A stretch of 64,000 bases of DNA from an uncultured Bacteroidota bacterium (GCA_902514625.1 CABXRK010000003.1:264-64263), one strand, 5' to 3'; positions 45,376 through 55,439 are shown, numbered from the stretch's first letter. The notes: a model not told the origin generated them from the letters alone. Made by a program: numbers and translations.

Positions 45376-46812
45376 CTATATATCTATATTCAGACCAAAA
45401 TAAAACTCGAGCACTTTTAACTTAAAAATATAATCAAATTTTGCTCGAACCTTATCAGAAACTGCACTTTCATATCGCTGTTTTATTTGTGCATAATCAT
45501 AAGAATTAATTACACCCGCTTCAAATTTATTTTTTGCATTATCAAAGGCATCCTTTCTTGCCGAAACAGTTTTTATTGTAGCCTCATAAAACTTATAGGA
45601 TGCAACTGTATTATTAAATGCTTGATTAATCGTGTTTTCAAGATCTAACTTTGTTTGTTCATGTTGATTTTTTACTGCTTCTAAATTAACCTTACTTCTT
45701 TTAATATTATTTTTTGCAACAAAACGATTGAAAATTGGAACGCTCAATTGTATTCCAAAATTATGTCCATCATTTAAACTTAATTGATCGATTATTGAAA
45801 TTGGGCCTACAACTTCTCTCTTTTCAATTTGAGTTAAAACAGGTTCCGAAGATGAAGATAGGTATCCAATGGGAACAGTTTCAAATTGACCCGTTTGTTT
45901 CAATCTATCATTATAAGACACTCTTGAATTATAACCATAATAGGCAGATATTGATGGTTGCAGTCTTACCTTAGCCAGTTCAATATCGGTTTCAGCGATC
46001 TCAATATTAGTTATTGATAATTTAATATCATTTCTTTGAATTAAAGCTTTTGAAAAAATAGCTTTAGGCGTTTCATCTAAAATATTTGAAAATGGCACAT
46101 CAAAATTTTCATTTAAAATTTCAAAATTCTCATAATCATCTATTCTCAACAATTGTGCTAAATTAATTTTGACTAATCTATATGCATTTTCTGCTTGAAT
46201 AAGACTTTGTTCTTGAGTTGCCAATGATGCCTCGATATCATATAAATCTCCTTTTACTAGTATCCCAGCATCAACTAATGCCTTGGTTCTCTCCAAATCT
46301 TTTTTTGAAACCTCTAATTGTTGCTTCTGTACTTCTAATATTTCTCGATTGAACATTATCTGAAGATAAGAGTTTGCAACAAGAAGTCCTATATCATCTT
46401 TAATGTCATCAATTTTATATTGCTCAGCAATTATTGAAAGATTTGCTCTATGTAATCTCTTAATATTTTCAAGACCTTTATAAATGTCTACACCCATATT
46501 TAAACCCATTGAAGAAAACTGAGTGGTCATGTTTTCAAGAATTCCCGTTGTAATATTTTGATTTAAGCCATAATTCCATGAATGATTTAAAGAAGCATTT
46601 AAATTGGGAAAAAAATTAGCTTTTGCATTACTTTTTTCAATATTTGCATTTTCCAATTGTAATTCAATTTGTTTAATCGAAATATTCTTTTCATAAGATA
46701 AATCAACACACTCTTTAAGAGACCAATACTTTTTCTGAGCTTGAATTCTAGACAAACTAAAAAGAAAAATACTTACTATAAAAATGTAACTTATTTTTTT
46801 TTCTATAATCAT
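45376..46812 (-). CDS. TolC family outer membrane efflux protein
   Basis: 478 aa with a signal peptide. It has duplicated coiled-coil/beta OEP repeats and is the last gene of the ABC-MFP efflux operon. Confidence 0.85.
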   Translation of the reverse strand: MIIEKKISYIFIVSIFLFSLSRIQAQKKYWSLKECVDLSYEKNISIKQIELQLENANIEKSNAKANFFPNLNASLNHSWNYGLNQNITTGILENMTTQFSSMGLNMGVDIYKGLENIKRLHRANLSIIAEQYKIDDIKDDIGLLVANSYLQIMFNREILEVQKQQLEVSKKDLERTKALVDAGILVKGDLYDIEASLATQEQSLIQAENAYRLVKINLAQLLRIDDYENFEILNENFDVPFSNILDETPKAIFSKALIQRNDIKLSITNIEIAETDIELAKVRLQPSISAYYGYNSRVSYNDRLKQTGQFETVPIGYLSSSSEPVLTQIEKREVVGPISIIDQLSLNDGHNFGIQLSVPIFNRFVAKNNIKRSKVNLEAVKNQHEQTKLDLENTINQAFNNTVASYKFYEATIKTVSARKDAFDNAKNKFEAGVINSYDYAQIKQRYESAVSDKVRAKFDYIFKLKVLEFYFGLNIDI

Positions 46813-46847
46813 AAATTTATTGTTTTGTGATTTAAATTGATTTTTTG

Positions 46848-47972
46848 TTATTCCACTATATCTTCCTTATCAAACTCTTCATAAGATTCAGTTTTATTCC
46901 AAACTTTGATTTTATCATTAATATCTATTCCAGAAATAATTTCAACATTAATTCCATCAGATATTCCTGTCTTTATATCCCTTCTTTCAAATTTTTGATC
47001 ACCTATTTCCAATTCAATATATGATTTTCCAGTTTTTCTGTCAAATTGAAGTAACGATTCTGAGATTGACAATACACTATCTTTTCTTTCTAAAACTAAA
47101 GAAGCATTAGCACTATATCCAGCTCTTACAACCTCTAAACTATCTAAATTCACTATACCTTCAATTTTAAATTTAACCGCTCCACTCTCCTCATTCCCTT
47201 TTGGAGCTATAAATCTAAGTTTTGCCTCAAATTTCTCATCTTGTATAGCCCCTAAATTTACTTGCAAAGGCATTCCTGTTTTTAATTTTCCTACCTCTGA
47301 TTCATCTACTTTGCCCTCAAATATCATTTTGTTTAAATCTGCAATAATTGCAATTGTAGTTCCTGGATTAAAATTATTACTTTCAGTAACTTGCTGCCCT
47401 TCCTTAACTGGAATTTCTAAAATAGTTCCTTCAATTGTAGAACGTATATTAGTGTTTGCAAGAGATGATCCCCCAACAGAACCAAGACGAATAATTTGTA
47501 AATCTGAATATGCGTTCGATACTTCCTGTTTAGCTTGATTATAATTTAACTCAACTGTTTCCATTTCTCGTTTTGCTATAACATTTTTATTAAAAAGATC
47601 CAAATTCCTTTTATATTCAATCTTGGAATTTTTTAAATTTATTTTTGATCTTTCATATCTTCCCTTAGAACTATTAAGTGCTTGCTCATTTGGAACAACT
47701 TTTATAATTGCTAATAATTGTCCATTATTAACTAAATCTCCTTCTTCAACCAACAATTTATCTATTATACCAGAAATTTGGGGTTTAATTTCAATTTCAT
47801 CCTCAGGAACAACTTTACCGGTTGCAACGGTTTTTTTCTCAATATTGAGAATTTTTGGTGATTTAATCTCAAAAGTAACTTTTGATTTACTATTTGATTT
47901 AATAAAATAAGCAGTTGCAAATAAAGAACCTGCAACAATAAAAGTTATTCCTAAATATTTTAAAATTTTCAT
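46848..47972 (-). CDS. efflux transporter periplasmic adaptor (HlyD/MacA-type membrane fusion protein)
   Basis: 374 aa. It has an N-terminal anchor, a lipoyl-like hairpin (ISGIIDKLLVEEGDLVNNGQLLA), and a coiled-coil plus beta-barrel region. Confidence 0.85.
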   Translation of the reverse strand: MKILKYLGITFIVAGSLFATAYFIKSNSKSKVTFEIKSPKILNIEKKTVATGKVVPEDEIEIKPQISGIIDKLLVEEGDLVNNGQLLAIIKVVPNEQALNSSKGRYERSKINLKNSKIEYKRNLDLFNKNVIAKREMETVELNYNQAKQEVSNAYSDLQIIRLGSVGGSSLANTNIRSTIEGTILEIPVKEGQQVTESNNFNPGTTIAIIADLNKMIFEGKVDESEVGKLKTGMPLQVNLGAIQDEKFEAKLRFIAPKGNEESGAVKFKIEGIVNLDSLEVVRAGYSANASLVLERKDSVLSISESLLQFDRKTGKSYIELEIGDQKFERRDIKTGISDGINVEIISGIDINDKIKVWNKTESYEEFDKEDIVE

Positions 47973-47991
47973 TTTTTTAAATTTAAATTTA

Positions 47992-49272
47992 TCATTCTTC
48001 TCTTAAAGCATCAATTGGTTTTATACTAATGGCCCTTTGAGCAGGAATTAAACCAATAATCGTTCCAAGTGTTACCATTAAAAATAAGGCTAATGAAATA
48101 TATTTAATCGGTACAGTTGGATTAGTATATGGAAAATCTTTTAACTCTTCTGTTGCTAAATTTATCCCAGCTAATACAAATGAAGCAAGAATTATTCCAA
48201 TAATGCCAGCAATAATTGTTAAAAAAACACTTTCTAACAAAATCTGATTTCTTATTTCATTTGGAGTTGCTCCTAAAGCTCTTCTTACTCCAAGTTCTTT
48301 TGTCCTCTCTTTTACGGAAATTAATAAAATATTTCCTATTCCAATTATTCCGGCAATAATTGTTGCTATTCCTACTATTAAAGAGAGAAATGTCATTCCA
48401 CGTGCAAACCCAATTATTCTATTAAATATTTCTCCCAAATTAAATGATCCAAAGGCTTTTTTGTCTAGAGGAGAAACTCTATGAATAAATTTGAGAGTTT
48501 GTTTAATGTCTTTTTCGACTTTTAAAACATTTGCATTTTCATAAGCTGCTATGTTAAACCAATCAACTGAATCCCCTGTATTATATAAGTTTCTATAAGT
48601 AGTAAATGGGATAAAGACATCTGAATCAGAATCAAAAGGACTCCCTTGCCTGAATACCAAAACTCCTATAACCTTAAAAAAAACATTATCTATTCTAACG
48701 TATTTCCCTATGGGATCTTCATTTGGTTCAAATAAATCAGACTGGGTCCTCTCACCTATAACACAAACTTTTCTATTTCCTTTTATATCCTCCTCATTAA
48801 TAAATCTTCCTCCATCATAAATATTTTGTGTTGATATTTTAGTAAACTCTGGATAATCACCAAAAATTGCATAATCTCCATATTTATTACCTCTTACAAT
48901 ATTTGCAGGAGAACCACCACTAAAATTTCCCCTAGCATTACGAGGAACAATATATTTTATTTCTGGAATTCTTTTTTTCAGTATCTCCACATCTTGTAAT
49001 TTCAATTGTGGAAATCTTCCTATTTTAAAACCATCATACGGGATGCTTGTAGCTTCGGCCCAAACAAACATAGAATTCATCGCAACATTTCGAAATTGCC
49101 TTTCAAAACCATTATCTAATCCTTTAGCAGATCCCGAAAGAACAACATAAATAAAAATACCCCATAATACACCTATAATAGTAATTATAGTTCTAATTTT
49201 ATTTTTTTTAATGGAACCAAAAATTTCTTTCCAAACTTCAATATCAAAAAACATTTTTAAACTATTCATCAT
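47992..49272 (-). CDS. ABC transporter permease, MacB/FtsX-like
   Basis: 426 aa. TM1 is followed by a large periplasmic domain and three C-terminal TMs. The FtsX motif is ERTKELGVRRALGA. Confidence 0.85.
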   Translation of the reverse strand: MMNSLKMFFDIEVWKEIFGSIKKNKIRTIITIIGVLWGIFIYVVLSGSAKGLDNGFERQFRNVAMNSMFVWAEATSIPYDGFKIGRFPQLKLQDVEILKKRIPEIKYIVPRNARGNFSGGSPANIVRGNKYGDYAIFGDYPEFTKISTQNIYDGGRFINEEDIKGNRKVCVIGERTQSDLFEPNEDPIGKYVRIDNVFFKVIGVLVFRQGSPFDSDSDVFIPFTTYRNLYNTGDSVDWFNIAAYENANVLKVEKDIKQTLKFIHRVSPLDKKAFGSFNLGEIFNRIIGFARGMTFLSLIVGIATIIAGIIGIGNILLISVKERTKELGVRRALGATPNEIRNQILLESVFLTIIAGIIGIILASFVLAGINLATEELKDFPYTNPTVPIKYISLALFLMVTLGTIIGLIPAQRAISIKPIDALREE

Positions 49273-50497
49273 TCAAAGCTTCTATTGGTTTAATCTTTGA
49301 CGCTCTTTTTGCAGGAATATAGCCTGCTATTGCGCCAAAAATAATTAAAATAATTGTTGATAAAATAGCAGTATAAATATCAATAAATGGATTTTTAATA
49401 AAATACTTTTCAGCTAAACTTGTCCCGATTCTATTTAAAAGAAGAACTCCTGAAATCATTCCTAAATATCCAAAAATAGTTGTTATTAAAATTGACTCTA
49501 ATAAAATAGTGCTAATAACTGATCTAGGTGAAGCTCCCAATGCCTTTCTAATGCCTAATTCTTTAGTCCTCTCCTTTACAACAAAAACCATAATATTTGA
49601 AATTCCAATAATTCCAGCCAATAAAGTTCCTAAACCAACAAATGTTACTATATATTGTAAAACAGAAGAAAATTGCTGATTCTCGTTCAACTGTTTAGAT
49701 ACATTTCTAATAAAAATTCCTCTTGAATCAGTTGGATCAATAGATTTTTTTTCCTCTAAAAAACCCCTAAGCTGTTTCTCAAAAGCCATTGAACCAATGT
49801 AACCTAACTCTGGTCTAAAAGAAACCTTAATTTGATCTACATAATCATTATTTTTCTCTAGAAGTTGTCTGGTAGTATAAGGTAGTGCAATTACTCTTTC
49901 CTCATTATCTCCGCCGCTATCTTTAAAAACACCAACAACCTTAAAAGGACTGGATCCTATATTAATATATCTTCCAATTGGATCTTTTTCAATAGGAAAA
50001 AGGTCCTCTTCTACAAGCCTTCCTATAACAGCATACCTGTTTTTATTCAAAATATCATCTTCATTAAGATATCTTCCTTTAATTAATATGTTTTTTTCAA
50101 AAAACTGATATGAAGGAGAAACTCCAACAGTTCTATAATTATCAGATTCTAATTCATAACTGACTTGTGCATAACGAGTAATTCTAGGTGATATATTCTC
50201 TAAGAAAAAGTTGAAGTTTAATTTAATATCATTAATGTCATCATTTTTCAATCTAATTTGACGATTTGACTTAAATCCCTTATATGGTTTTGAAGTTTTT
50301 CCAGCAAATAAAGTTAAAACGTTAGTTGCGTCATCAAGAAAAAATTCTTTAAATTGATTTTTCAAACCATTACCAAAACCAAACAAAACTATAAAAATAA
50401 ATATCCCCAAAGCTACAGTAAAACCAGACAAAAAAGTTCTAAGTCTATTTTTACTAATTGTTTTAAATATTTCTATCCAAGAATCTAAACTAAACAT
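49262..50497 (-). CDS. ABC transporter permease, MacB/FtsX-like
   Basis: 411 aa with the same topology as the neighbouring permease. The FtsX motif is ERTKELGIRKALGA. It overlaps the next permease gene by 11 nt. Confidence 0.85.
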   Translation of the reverse strand: MFSLDSWIEIFKTISKNRLRTFLSGFTVALGIFIFIVLFGFGNGLKNQFKEFFLDDATNVLTLFAGKTSKPYKGFKSNRQIRLKNDDINDIKLNFNFFLENISPRITRYAQVSYELESDNYRTVGVSPSYQFFEKNILIKGRYLNEDDILNKNRYAVIGRLVEEDLFPIEKDPIGRYINIGSSPFKVVGVFKDSGGDNEERVIALPYTTRQLLEKNNDYVDQIKVSFRPELGYIGSMAFEKQLRGFLEEKKSIDPTDSRGIFIRNVSKQLNENQQFSSVLQYIVTFVGLGTLLAGIIGISNIMVFVVKERTKELGIRKALGASPRSVISTILLESILITTIFGYLGMISGVLLLNRIGTSLAEKYFIKNPFIDIYTAILSTIILIIFGAIAGYIPAKRASKIKPIEALNDE

Positions 50498-50498
50498 T

Positions 50499-51191
50499 TT
50501 ACTTTAATAAAATTTGTTTTATTTTCTTATCCTCAACTATTATTCCATCTTTAAGGGTTACAACTCTTTTACACATTGCAGCAATTTCTTTTTCGTGTGT
50601 GACAACTAAAATTGTTTTACCTTCATTATTTATTTTTTGAATAATTGACATTACCTCATGTGATGTTTTCGAATCAAGAGCTCCTGTAGGTTCATCGGCC
50701 AATAAAACCTTAGGTTCAGAAACAAGAGCTCTAGCAATAGCTACTCTTTGCTTTTGTCCACCAGAAAGCTCACTTGGTAAGTGTTTAGACCATTCTTTCA
50801 ACCCCACTTTCTCTAAAAAGTTTAGCGCCTGTAATTGTCTTTCTTTCCTATTAATTCCTCTATAATATAAAGGTAGTGCAACATTTTCAACTGCATTTTT
50901 ATAATTTATCAAATTGAAAGACTGAAAAACAAATCCTAAAAACTGATTTCTATATTTTGCGGCTCTTGTTTCATCCAAATTTTTAATCTCAATGTCATCT
51001 AAAAAATAACTTCCTTCATTGGCTATGTCAAGCATTCCTAATATATTTAGTAATGTTGATTTTCCTGATCCAGAAGATCCCATTATTGCAACTAATTCAC
51101 CTTCTTTAACGCTAAAATTTATTCCTTTTAAAACATGTAATGATGAACTACCCATTTTATAAGATTTGTGAAGGTTTTTTATCTGAATCAT
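50499..51191 (-). CDS. ABC transporter ATP-binding protein (MacB/LolD-type)
   Basis: 230 aa. It has Walker A (GSSGSGKST), the ABC signature (LSGGQKQRVAIARAL) and Walker B (LLADEPTGALD). Confidence 0.9.
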   Translation of the reverse strand: MIQIKNLHKSYKMGSSSLHVLKGINFSVKEGELVAIMGSSGSGKSTLLNILGMLDIANEGSYFLDDIEIKNLDETRAAKYRNQFLGFVFQSFNLINYKNAVENVALPLYYRGINRKERQLQALNFLEKVGLKEWSKHLPSELSGGQKQRVAIARALVSEPKVLLADEPTGALDSKTSHEVMSIIQKINNEGKTILVVTHEKEIAAMCKRVVTLKDGIIVEDKKIKQILLK

Positions 51192-51276
51192 ACTAGAAAA
51201 AATTTATGAAAGCTCATCTTTAATTAGAAAGAACAAATTTATTATAATTATTTTTTTTAACTCAACGAATTTATGT

Positions 51277-51486
51277 TTATTTCAATTCTTTAAAAATAAA
51301 ATACCCAACTAATAATACTAAAATATAGGGGATGGCCATTAAATAAACTATTCCATCATTTATCCCCTTAGCTGTGTTTTGACCTTCTTCTGATTCAAGA
51401 ACAGCCCTACACATTGAACATTGAGAAAACGAAATTTCTGAAATAAAAAAAAGAGAAAACAAAATTAAGAAAAAATAATTTTTCAT
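51277..51486 (-). CDS. small membrane-anchored protein with CxxC motif (uncharacterised)
   Basis: 69 aa. It has a signal-like N-terminus, a CSMC motif, an acidic stretch and a C-terminal TM helix. The ATG lies 7 nt after the stop of the DUF420 gene, so it is probably co-transcribed. Confidence 0.5.
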   Translation of the reverse strand: MKNYFFLILFSLFFISEISFSQCSMCRAVLESEEGQNTAKGINDGIVYLMAIPYILVLLVGYFIFKELK

Positions 51487-51493
51487 TTTAAAA

Positions 51494-52033
51494 TCAATAA
51501 TAAGGAGAAATCATTAAATATATAATTACTCCAGTTATAGTAATATATAACCAAATTGGTAAAGTAACCCTAGCTATTTTTCTGTGATTTTGAAATTGAT
51601 TAGAAATAGCTCTTACATATGATATCAAAACTAAAGGTATAATCGCTATAGATAAAAGTATATGAGAGATTAGAATAAAATAATAAACCCACCTAATTAA
51701 ACCTTTACCTCCAAAAGGAGTTGGATCTGATGTGATGTGATAAGCAACATACATTATCAAAAAGGTCAAAGACAAAAAAATTGCTATTTTCATTAGTTGA
51801 CTATGCAATTTTAATTTTTTTTTCTTTATAGCCCATAAGGCAATTAAAAGTATAATTGCTGTATACCCATTAATTGCAGCATATATTGGTGGTAAAAAAG
51901 ATAATTCCTGAACACCCTTAAGTCTTATTCTAAAAAGTAAAGCTACGACTATAGGGATAATAAAAGAAACAAAAATAATTAAATTTCTATACCTTAATTT
52001 TTGTTGATTATCCTCAGTAATATTTTTCATCAT
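51494..52033 (-). CDS. DUF420 family membrane protein (CtaM-like cytochrome oxidase accessory factor)
   Basis: 179 aa and polytopic (4-5 TM). It is placed directly after an SCO gene in an oxidase cluster, with an overlapping stop/start (52033). Confidence 0.7.
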   Translation of the reverse strand: MMKNITEDNQQKLRYRNLIIFVSFIIPIVVALLFRIRLKGVQELSFLPPIYAAINGYTAIILLIALWAIKKKKLKLHSQLMKIAIFLSLTFLIMYVAYHITSDPTPFGGKGLIRWVYYFILISHILLSIAIIPLVLISYVRAISNQFQNHRKIARVTLPIWLYITITGVIIYLMISPYY

Positions 52034-52737
52034 TATTTCTCTTTAAGCAACAAAGAAATATCTTCTTTTAACATTTCAATACCTTGAATAGGGGCATTAT
52101 TATCATCAATTCCCAAATAATAAACTATTGGATTTCCAAACTTATCATCCCTGGATCTAAGATAACCATTCTTATCGATCAAGGCAAAATACCCCTGATG
52201 TTCAAATCCTCCAATTATATTAGGATTAGCAGCTGCAAAAATGTTAAATCCATTATTTGCTAATGAAAATATTTGCGATTTTGGTCCAGTTAAAAAATTC
52301 CATTTAAGAGAATTTTCTATATAGTTTTCAGAAAACAATTTTAATACTCTAGGTGTATCATGCTCAGGATCAATTGTGAAAGATGCAATAGCAAATTTTT
52401 CTTCATCTTTATAAAAGTCATAAAGTTCTTTCATGTTTTTATTCATAATAGGACATATTGTTGGACATCTACTAAAAAAAAATTCTGCTAAAAATACCTT
52501 CCCTAAATAATCTGTTTCAGAAATAAATAAACTATCTTGATTTAGTAAAATGAACTTGGGAATCTTTCTATTTTGTCCATTAATATTAATATATGATAAT
52601 GTTCTTAATCCAGGTTTCACAGATCTAATACTAGTCACCGTATCATTTAACCTTATTTTATTGATTATTTTAGGAATAAAAATTATTGAAAACAAAATAA
52701 TTAAAATAGATAAAGCTAAGTATGGATATTTTTTCAT
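52033..52737 (-). CDS. SCO family copper chaperone / thiol-disulfide protein
   Basis: 234 aa with an N-terminal anchor. The CPTICP (CxxxC) motif and the downstream FEHQGYFALIDKNGYLR block (conserved His) are typical of SCO1/SenC. Confidence 0.85.
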   Translation of the reverse strand: MKKYPYLALSILIILFSIIFIPKIINKIRLNDTVTSIRSVKPGLRTLSYININGQNRKIPKFILLNQDSLFISETDYLGKVFLAEFFFSRCPTICPIMNKNMKELYDFYKDEEKFAIASFTIDPEHDTPRVLKLFSENYIENSLKWNFLTGPKSQIFSLANNGFNIFAAANPNIIGGFEHQGYFALIDKNGYLRSRDDKFGNPIVYYLGIDDNNAPIQGIEMLKEDISLLLKEK

Positions 52738-52748
52738 AAATAAATATT

Positions 52749-53420
52749 TTATCTAAAATTTAAATTGTTATTTTTTTTTAATGCCAAACGATATTCAGCT
52801 AAAATAACTTTAACATCATCAATCATTTTATTATTAATTTCAGCAACTGAAGAAGAATTGTATCCAAAAAGAGTTCCTGAATCTTCATCATCATCTCTTC
52901 CTCTTAGATTTCCTGATCTATCTATAATAAAAACAGTAGAGGTAGACATTAAATCTGATAAATTTAAATCGGATTTTAAAGATTTAAATAATTCTAAAAT
53001 CTGAAATTGATCTCCAAAAATAAATTTCCATTTACTCAAATCAGTCCCCATCCCTTTATTTAACTCTTCTTTAAATTCTTGGATTAATAATTTATTATAA
53101 TTTTCATTTTTAACCACAAAAACAAATTGAAAATCTTTAAATTCAAAAAACCTCTTATAAATTTTTTGATTTAAATTAAAACCATCACTTTTTTTAATTT
53201 TCATGTCATCTCCCCAAAAACCTAAAACAGTGATATTATTATCGAATTTGACCTTATCTCCATTAAATGACATCCAATTATCTACCTCAATAATTGATTC
53301 AGTTAAAACGGGAAGTCTTGCAAAATTATTAACCCCGGAAGAAAAAAACAAATAAACTACTATTGGTAATATAAATAAAACTCCTAGAACAAATTTATTT
53401 TTTATTTTTTCAGTATTCAT
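52749..53420 (-). CDS. membrane-anchored SCO-like thioredoxin-fold protein lacking the CxxxC motif (hypothetical)
   Basis: 223 aa with an N-terminal TM. It aligns by eye with the neighbouring SCO protein (KWKFIFGDQ vs KWNFLTGPK, and VFIIDRSGNLRGRDD vs FALIDKNGYLRSRDD). It has GDDMKIKKS where SCO has CPTICP. Confidence 0.5.
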   Translation of the reverse strand: MNTEKIKNKFVLGVLFILPIVVYLFFSSGVNNFARLPVLTESIIEVDNWMSFNGDKVKFDNNITVLGFWGDDMKIKKSDGFNLNQKIYKRFFEFKDFQFVFVVKNENYNKLLIQEFKEELNKGMGTDLSKWKFIFGDQFQILELFKSLKSDLNLSDLMSTSTVFIIDRSGNLRGRDDDEDSGTLFGYNSSSVAEINNKMIDDVKVILAEYRLALKKNNNLNFR

Positions 53421-53432
53421 ATAAATGGAATT

Positions 53433-53816
53433 TTAAAAATTCCAACTCACAAAACCAGCACTCATTACATCATAAATATAATCTGCTTCAAGTAATAAGA
53501 TAAAAGCTAAATAAGGAATCAAAAAAATCAATGGCAAAACAATTGACCCTTTTAAGGAATCTCTTTCATCTCGAATATGCATAAAATCCCATGCTATATA
53601 ATAAGCCTTAACTAAAGTTAAAATAAGAAAAATCCAATTTAGAATTTTCATTCTCAAAAAAGTTGTTTTTAAAAATTCAGGTTTAATTATACCAAGAGCC
53701 ACCTCTATAGTAGTAACTATTGAAAGCCAAATCAAAACCCCCCAAATTTTTTGAACATTTGACTTAAACTTTATAAGTCCTCTAAATATTGAAAGATTTT
53801 CTGTATTATGTCCCAT
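53433..53816 (-). CDS. cytochrome c oxidase subunit IV family protein (prokaryotic type)
   Basis: 127 aa with three hydrophobic helices. The block KIWGVLIWLSIVTTIEVALG fits the family. It lies immediately downstream of the subunit III genes. Confidence 0.65.
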   Translation of the reverse strand: MGHNTENLSIFRGLIKFKSNVQKIWGVLIWLSIVTTIEVALGIIKPEFLKTTFLRMKILNWIFLILTLVKAYYIAWDFMHIRDERDSLKGSIVLPLIFLIPYLAFILLLEADYIYDVMSAGFVSWNF

Positions 53817-53827
53817 AGTAAATTATA

Positions 53828-54808
53828 TTAGACCAAGTAAAAAAATGTAAAAACAAAAACCCAAACCAAATCAACAAAATGCCAATATAAACCAACCTTT
53901 TCAACCATTTCATAATGACCTCTCTTTTCATATGTTCCAAGGATTACATTGAAAAAAATTATAATGTTAATTAAGACTCCTGAAAAAACATGAAAACCAT
54001 GAAATCCTGTTATAAAGAAAAAGAAGTCAGCAAATAATCTATGACCATATTCATTATGAATTAAATTTGCTCCTTCAACTACAGTTATAGCGTCTTGAAT
54101 TTTATCAAGTGATTCATCTCTTGAAAGTATAATTTTATTTCCTTTAGAATCTAGTTTTTGAATTCTAATTAATAAATTTTGATTTAACTTAAAGCCATCT
54201 TTAACTTCAATTACATTATAAGTTGGAAGTTCAGATTCTGAATTATACCAAACACCCCTATTTTTATTATGAGTAATTCTATTTGAATTTGATCTAATTG
54301 AAAAATCTTTTATTGAAACTCTTTTTCCATTATTTGAATTAACAAATTGCAAAATTTGGCCACCTTTGGTTTCTAGAGCTCCATAATCTCCCTTAATAAA
54401 TGTTTTCCATTCCCATGCTTGCGAACCAACAAAAGTTGCCCCAAAAATTATGGTTAAAAACATATATAAAATAACTTTATTTTTTTTCATATGATGGCCA
54501 GCATCCACAGCTAAAACCATTGTTACAGAAGAAACAATCAAAATAAAAGTCATGAATGCAACATAATACATTGGGGCTTCAACTCCATGTAAAAAAGGAA
54601 AATGAGTAAATACCTCATCAGCTATAGGCCATGAGTCAATAAATTTAAACCTTGAAAATCCATAAGAAACTAAGAATCCTGAAAATGTTAAAGCATCAGA
54701 AATGATGAAAAACCACATCATAAGTTTTCCATAACTTGCGCTAAAAGGTTCATTACCTCCTCCCCAAATTTCAGAATTATCGGTTTGATTTGTGATTGTT
54801 GTTTCCAA
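53828..54808 (-). CDS. cytochrome c oxidase subunit III (long form with hydrophilic insertion)
   Basis: 326 aa. Motifs are ITGFHGFHVFSGV and YWHFVDLVWVFVF. An approximately 110-aa hydrophilic segment (about residues 140-257) separates the helices. Confidence 0.85.
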   Translation of the reverse strand: METTITNQTDNSEIWGGGNEPFSASYGKLMMWFFIISDALTFSGFLVSYGFSRFKFIDSWPIADEVFTHFPFLHGVEAPMYYVAFMTFILIVSSVTMVLAVDAGHHMKKNKVILYMFLTIIFGATFVGSQAWEWKTFIKGDYGALETKGGQILQFVNSNNGKRVSIKDFSIRSNSNRITHNKNRGVWYNSESELPTYNVIEVKDGFKLNQNLLIRIQKLDSKGNKIILSRDESLDKIQDAITVVEGANLIHNEYGHRLFADFFFFITGFHGFHVFSGVLINIIIFFNVILGTYEKRGHYEMVEKVGLYWHFVDLVWVFVFTFFYLV

Positions 54809-54848
54809 TAATTTTTATTAAATATTTTAAGTGCAAATTTAGTGTATT

Positions 54849-55439
54849 TTAATTATATGCTAAGACAAAAACGTACAAATAAATCCATAAAAAGCCTAAG
54901 AAATGCCAAAAAATAGTCGCTAATTCAAACCCAACAGTATTTGATTTATTATAAATCTTTTTATAACTATTATTGCTAATTATAAAAAGAACTATTAATC
55001 CGCCAATAAAATGGAGCATATGAAGAACAACTAAAACATATAAAAAGGATGTAGTAATTGAACTTTCAGCTCCAGTAAAATAATACCCTTGTTGAATTAT
55101 GCTTGAGAATCCTTTAAATTGAGAATACAAAAATGTAAATGCTAAAATTATAGTCATCCAAAGAAAATAATTTTGAAAATTAAAATTTCCATTTAATAAA
55201 GATCTTTTAGATATATGAATAGTTATGCTACTCAAAAAAATTAAAATTGTACTGATCGTAAATTCAAAAGGTAAATCAAAATTATTTAACCAATCTTGTC
55301 TAGAGCTACTGACAACATAAGCACTAGTAAGACCAGCAAATGTCATAGTCATACTAATCATAGAAAACCATAACATCATTTTCTTTGCTCTTATATTTTT
55401 TAATTTTTCTTCCTCTATCATTTTAAATAAATTTATCAA
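54849..55439 (-). CDS. heme-copper oxidase subunit III family protein (short form)
   Basis: 196 aa with 5 TMs. Motifs are HMLHFIGGLIVL and FWHFLGFLWIYLY. Confidence 0.8.
   Translation of the reverse strand: MINLFKMIEEEKLKNIRAKKMMLWFSMISMTMTFAGLTSAYVVSSSRQDWLNNFDLPFEFTISTILIFLSSITIHISKRSLLNGNFNFQNYFLWMTIILAFTFLYSQFKGFSSIIQQGYYFTGAESSITTSFLYVLVVLHMLHFIGGLIVLFIISNNSYKKIYNKSNTVGFELATIFWHFLGFLWIYLYVFVLAYN

Noticed and set aside
45376-51191. The ABC ATPase + two FtsX permeases + MFP + TolC operon, considered as something unusual.
   Set aside because: The gene content and motifs match the well-known MacAB-TolC-type tripartite efflux layout with split permeases. Nothing in the sequence sets it apart.
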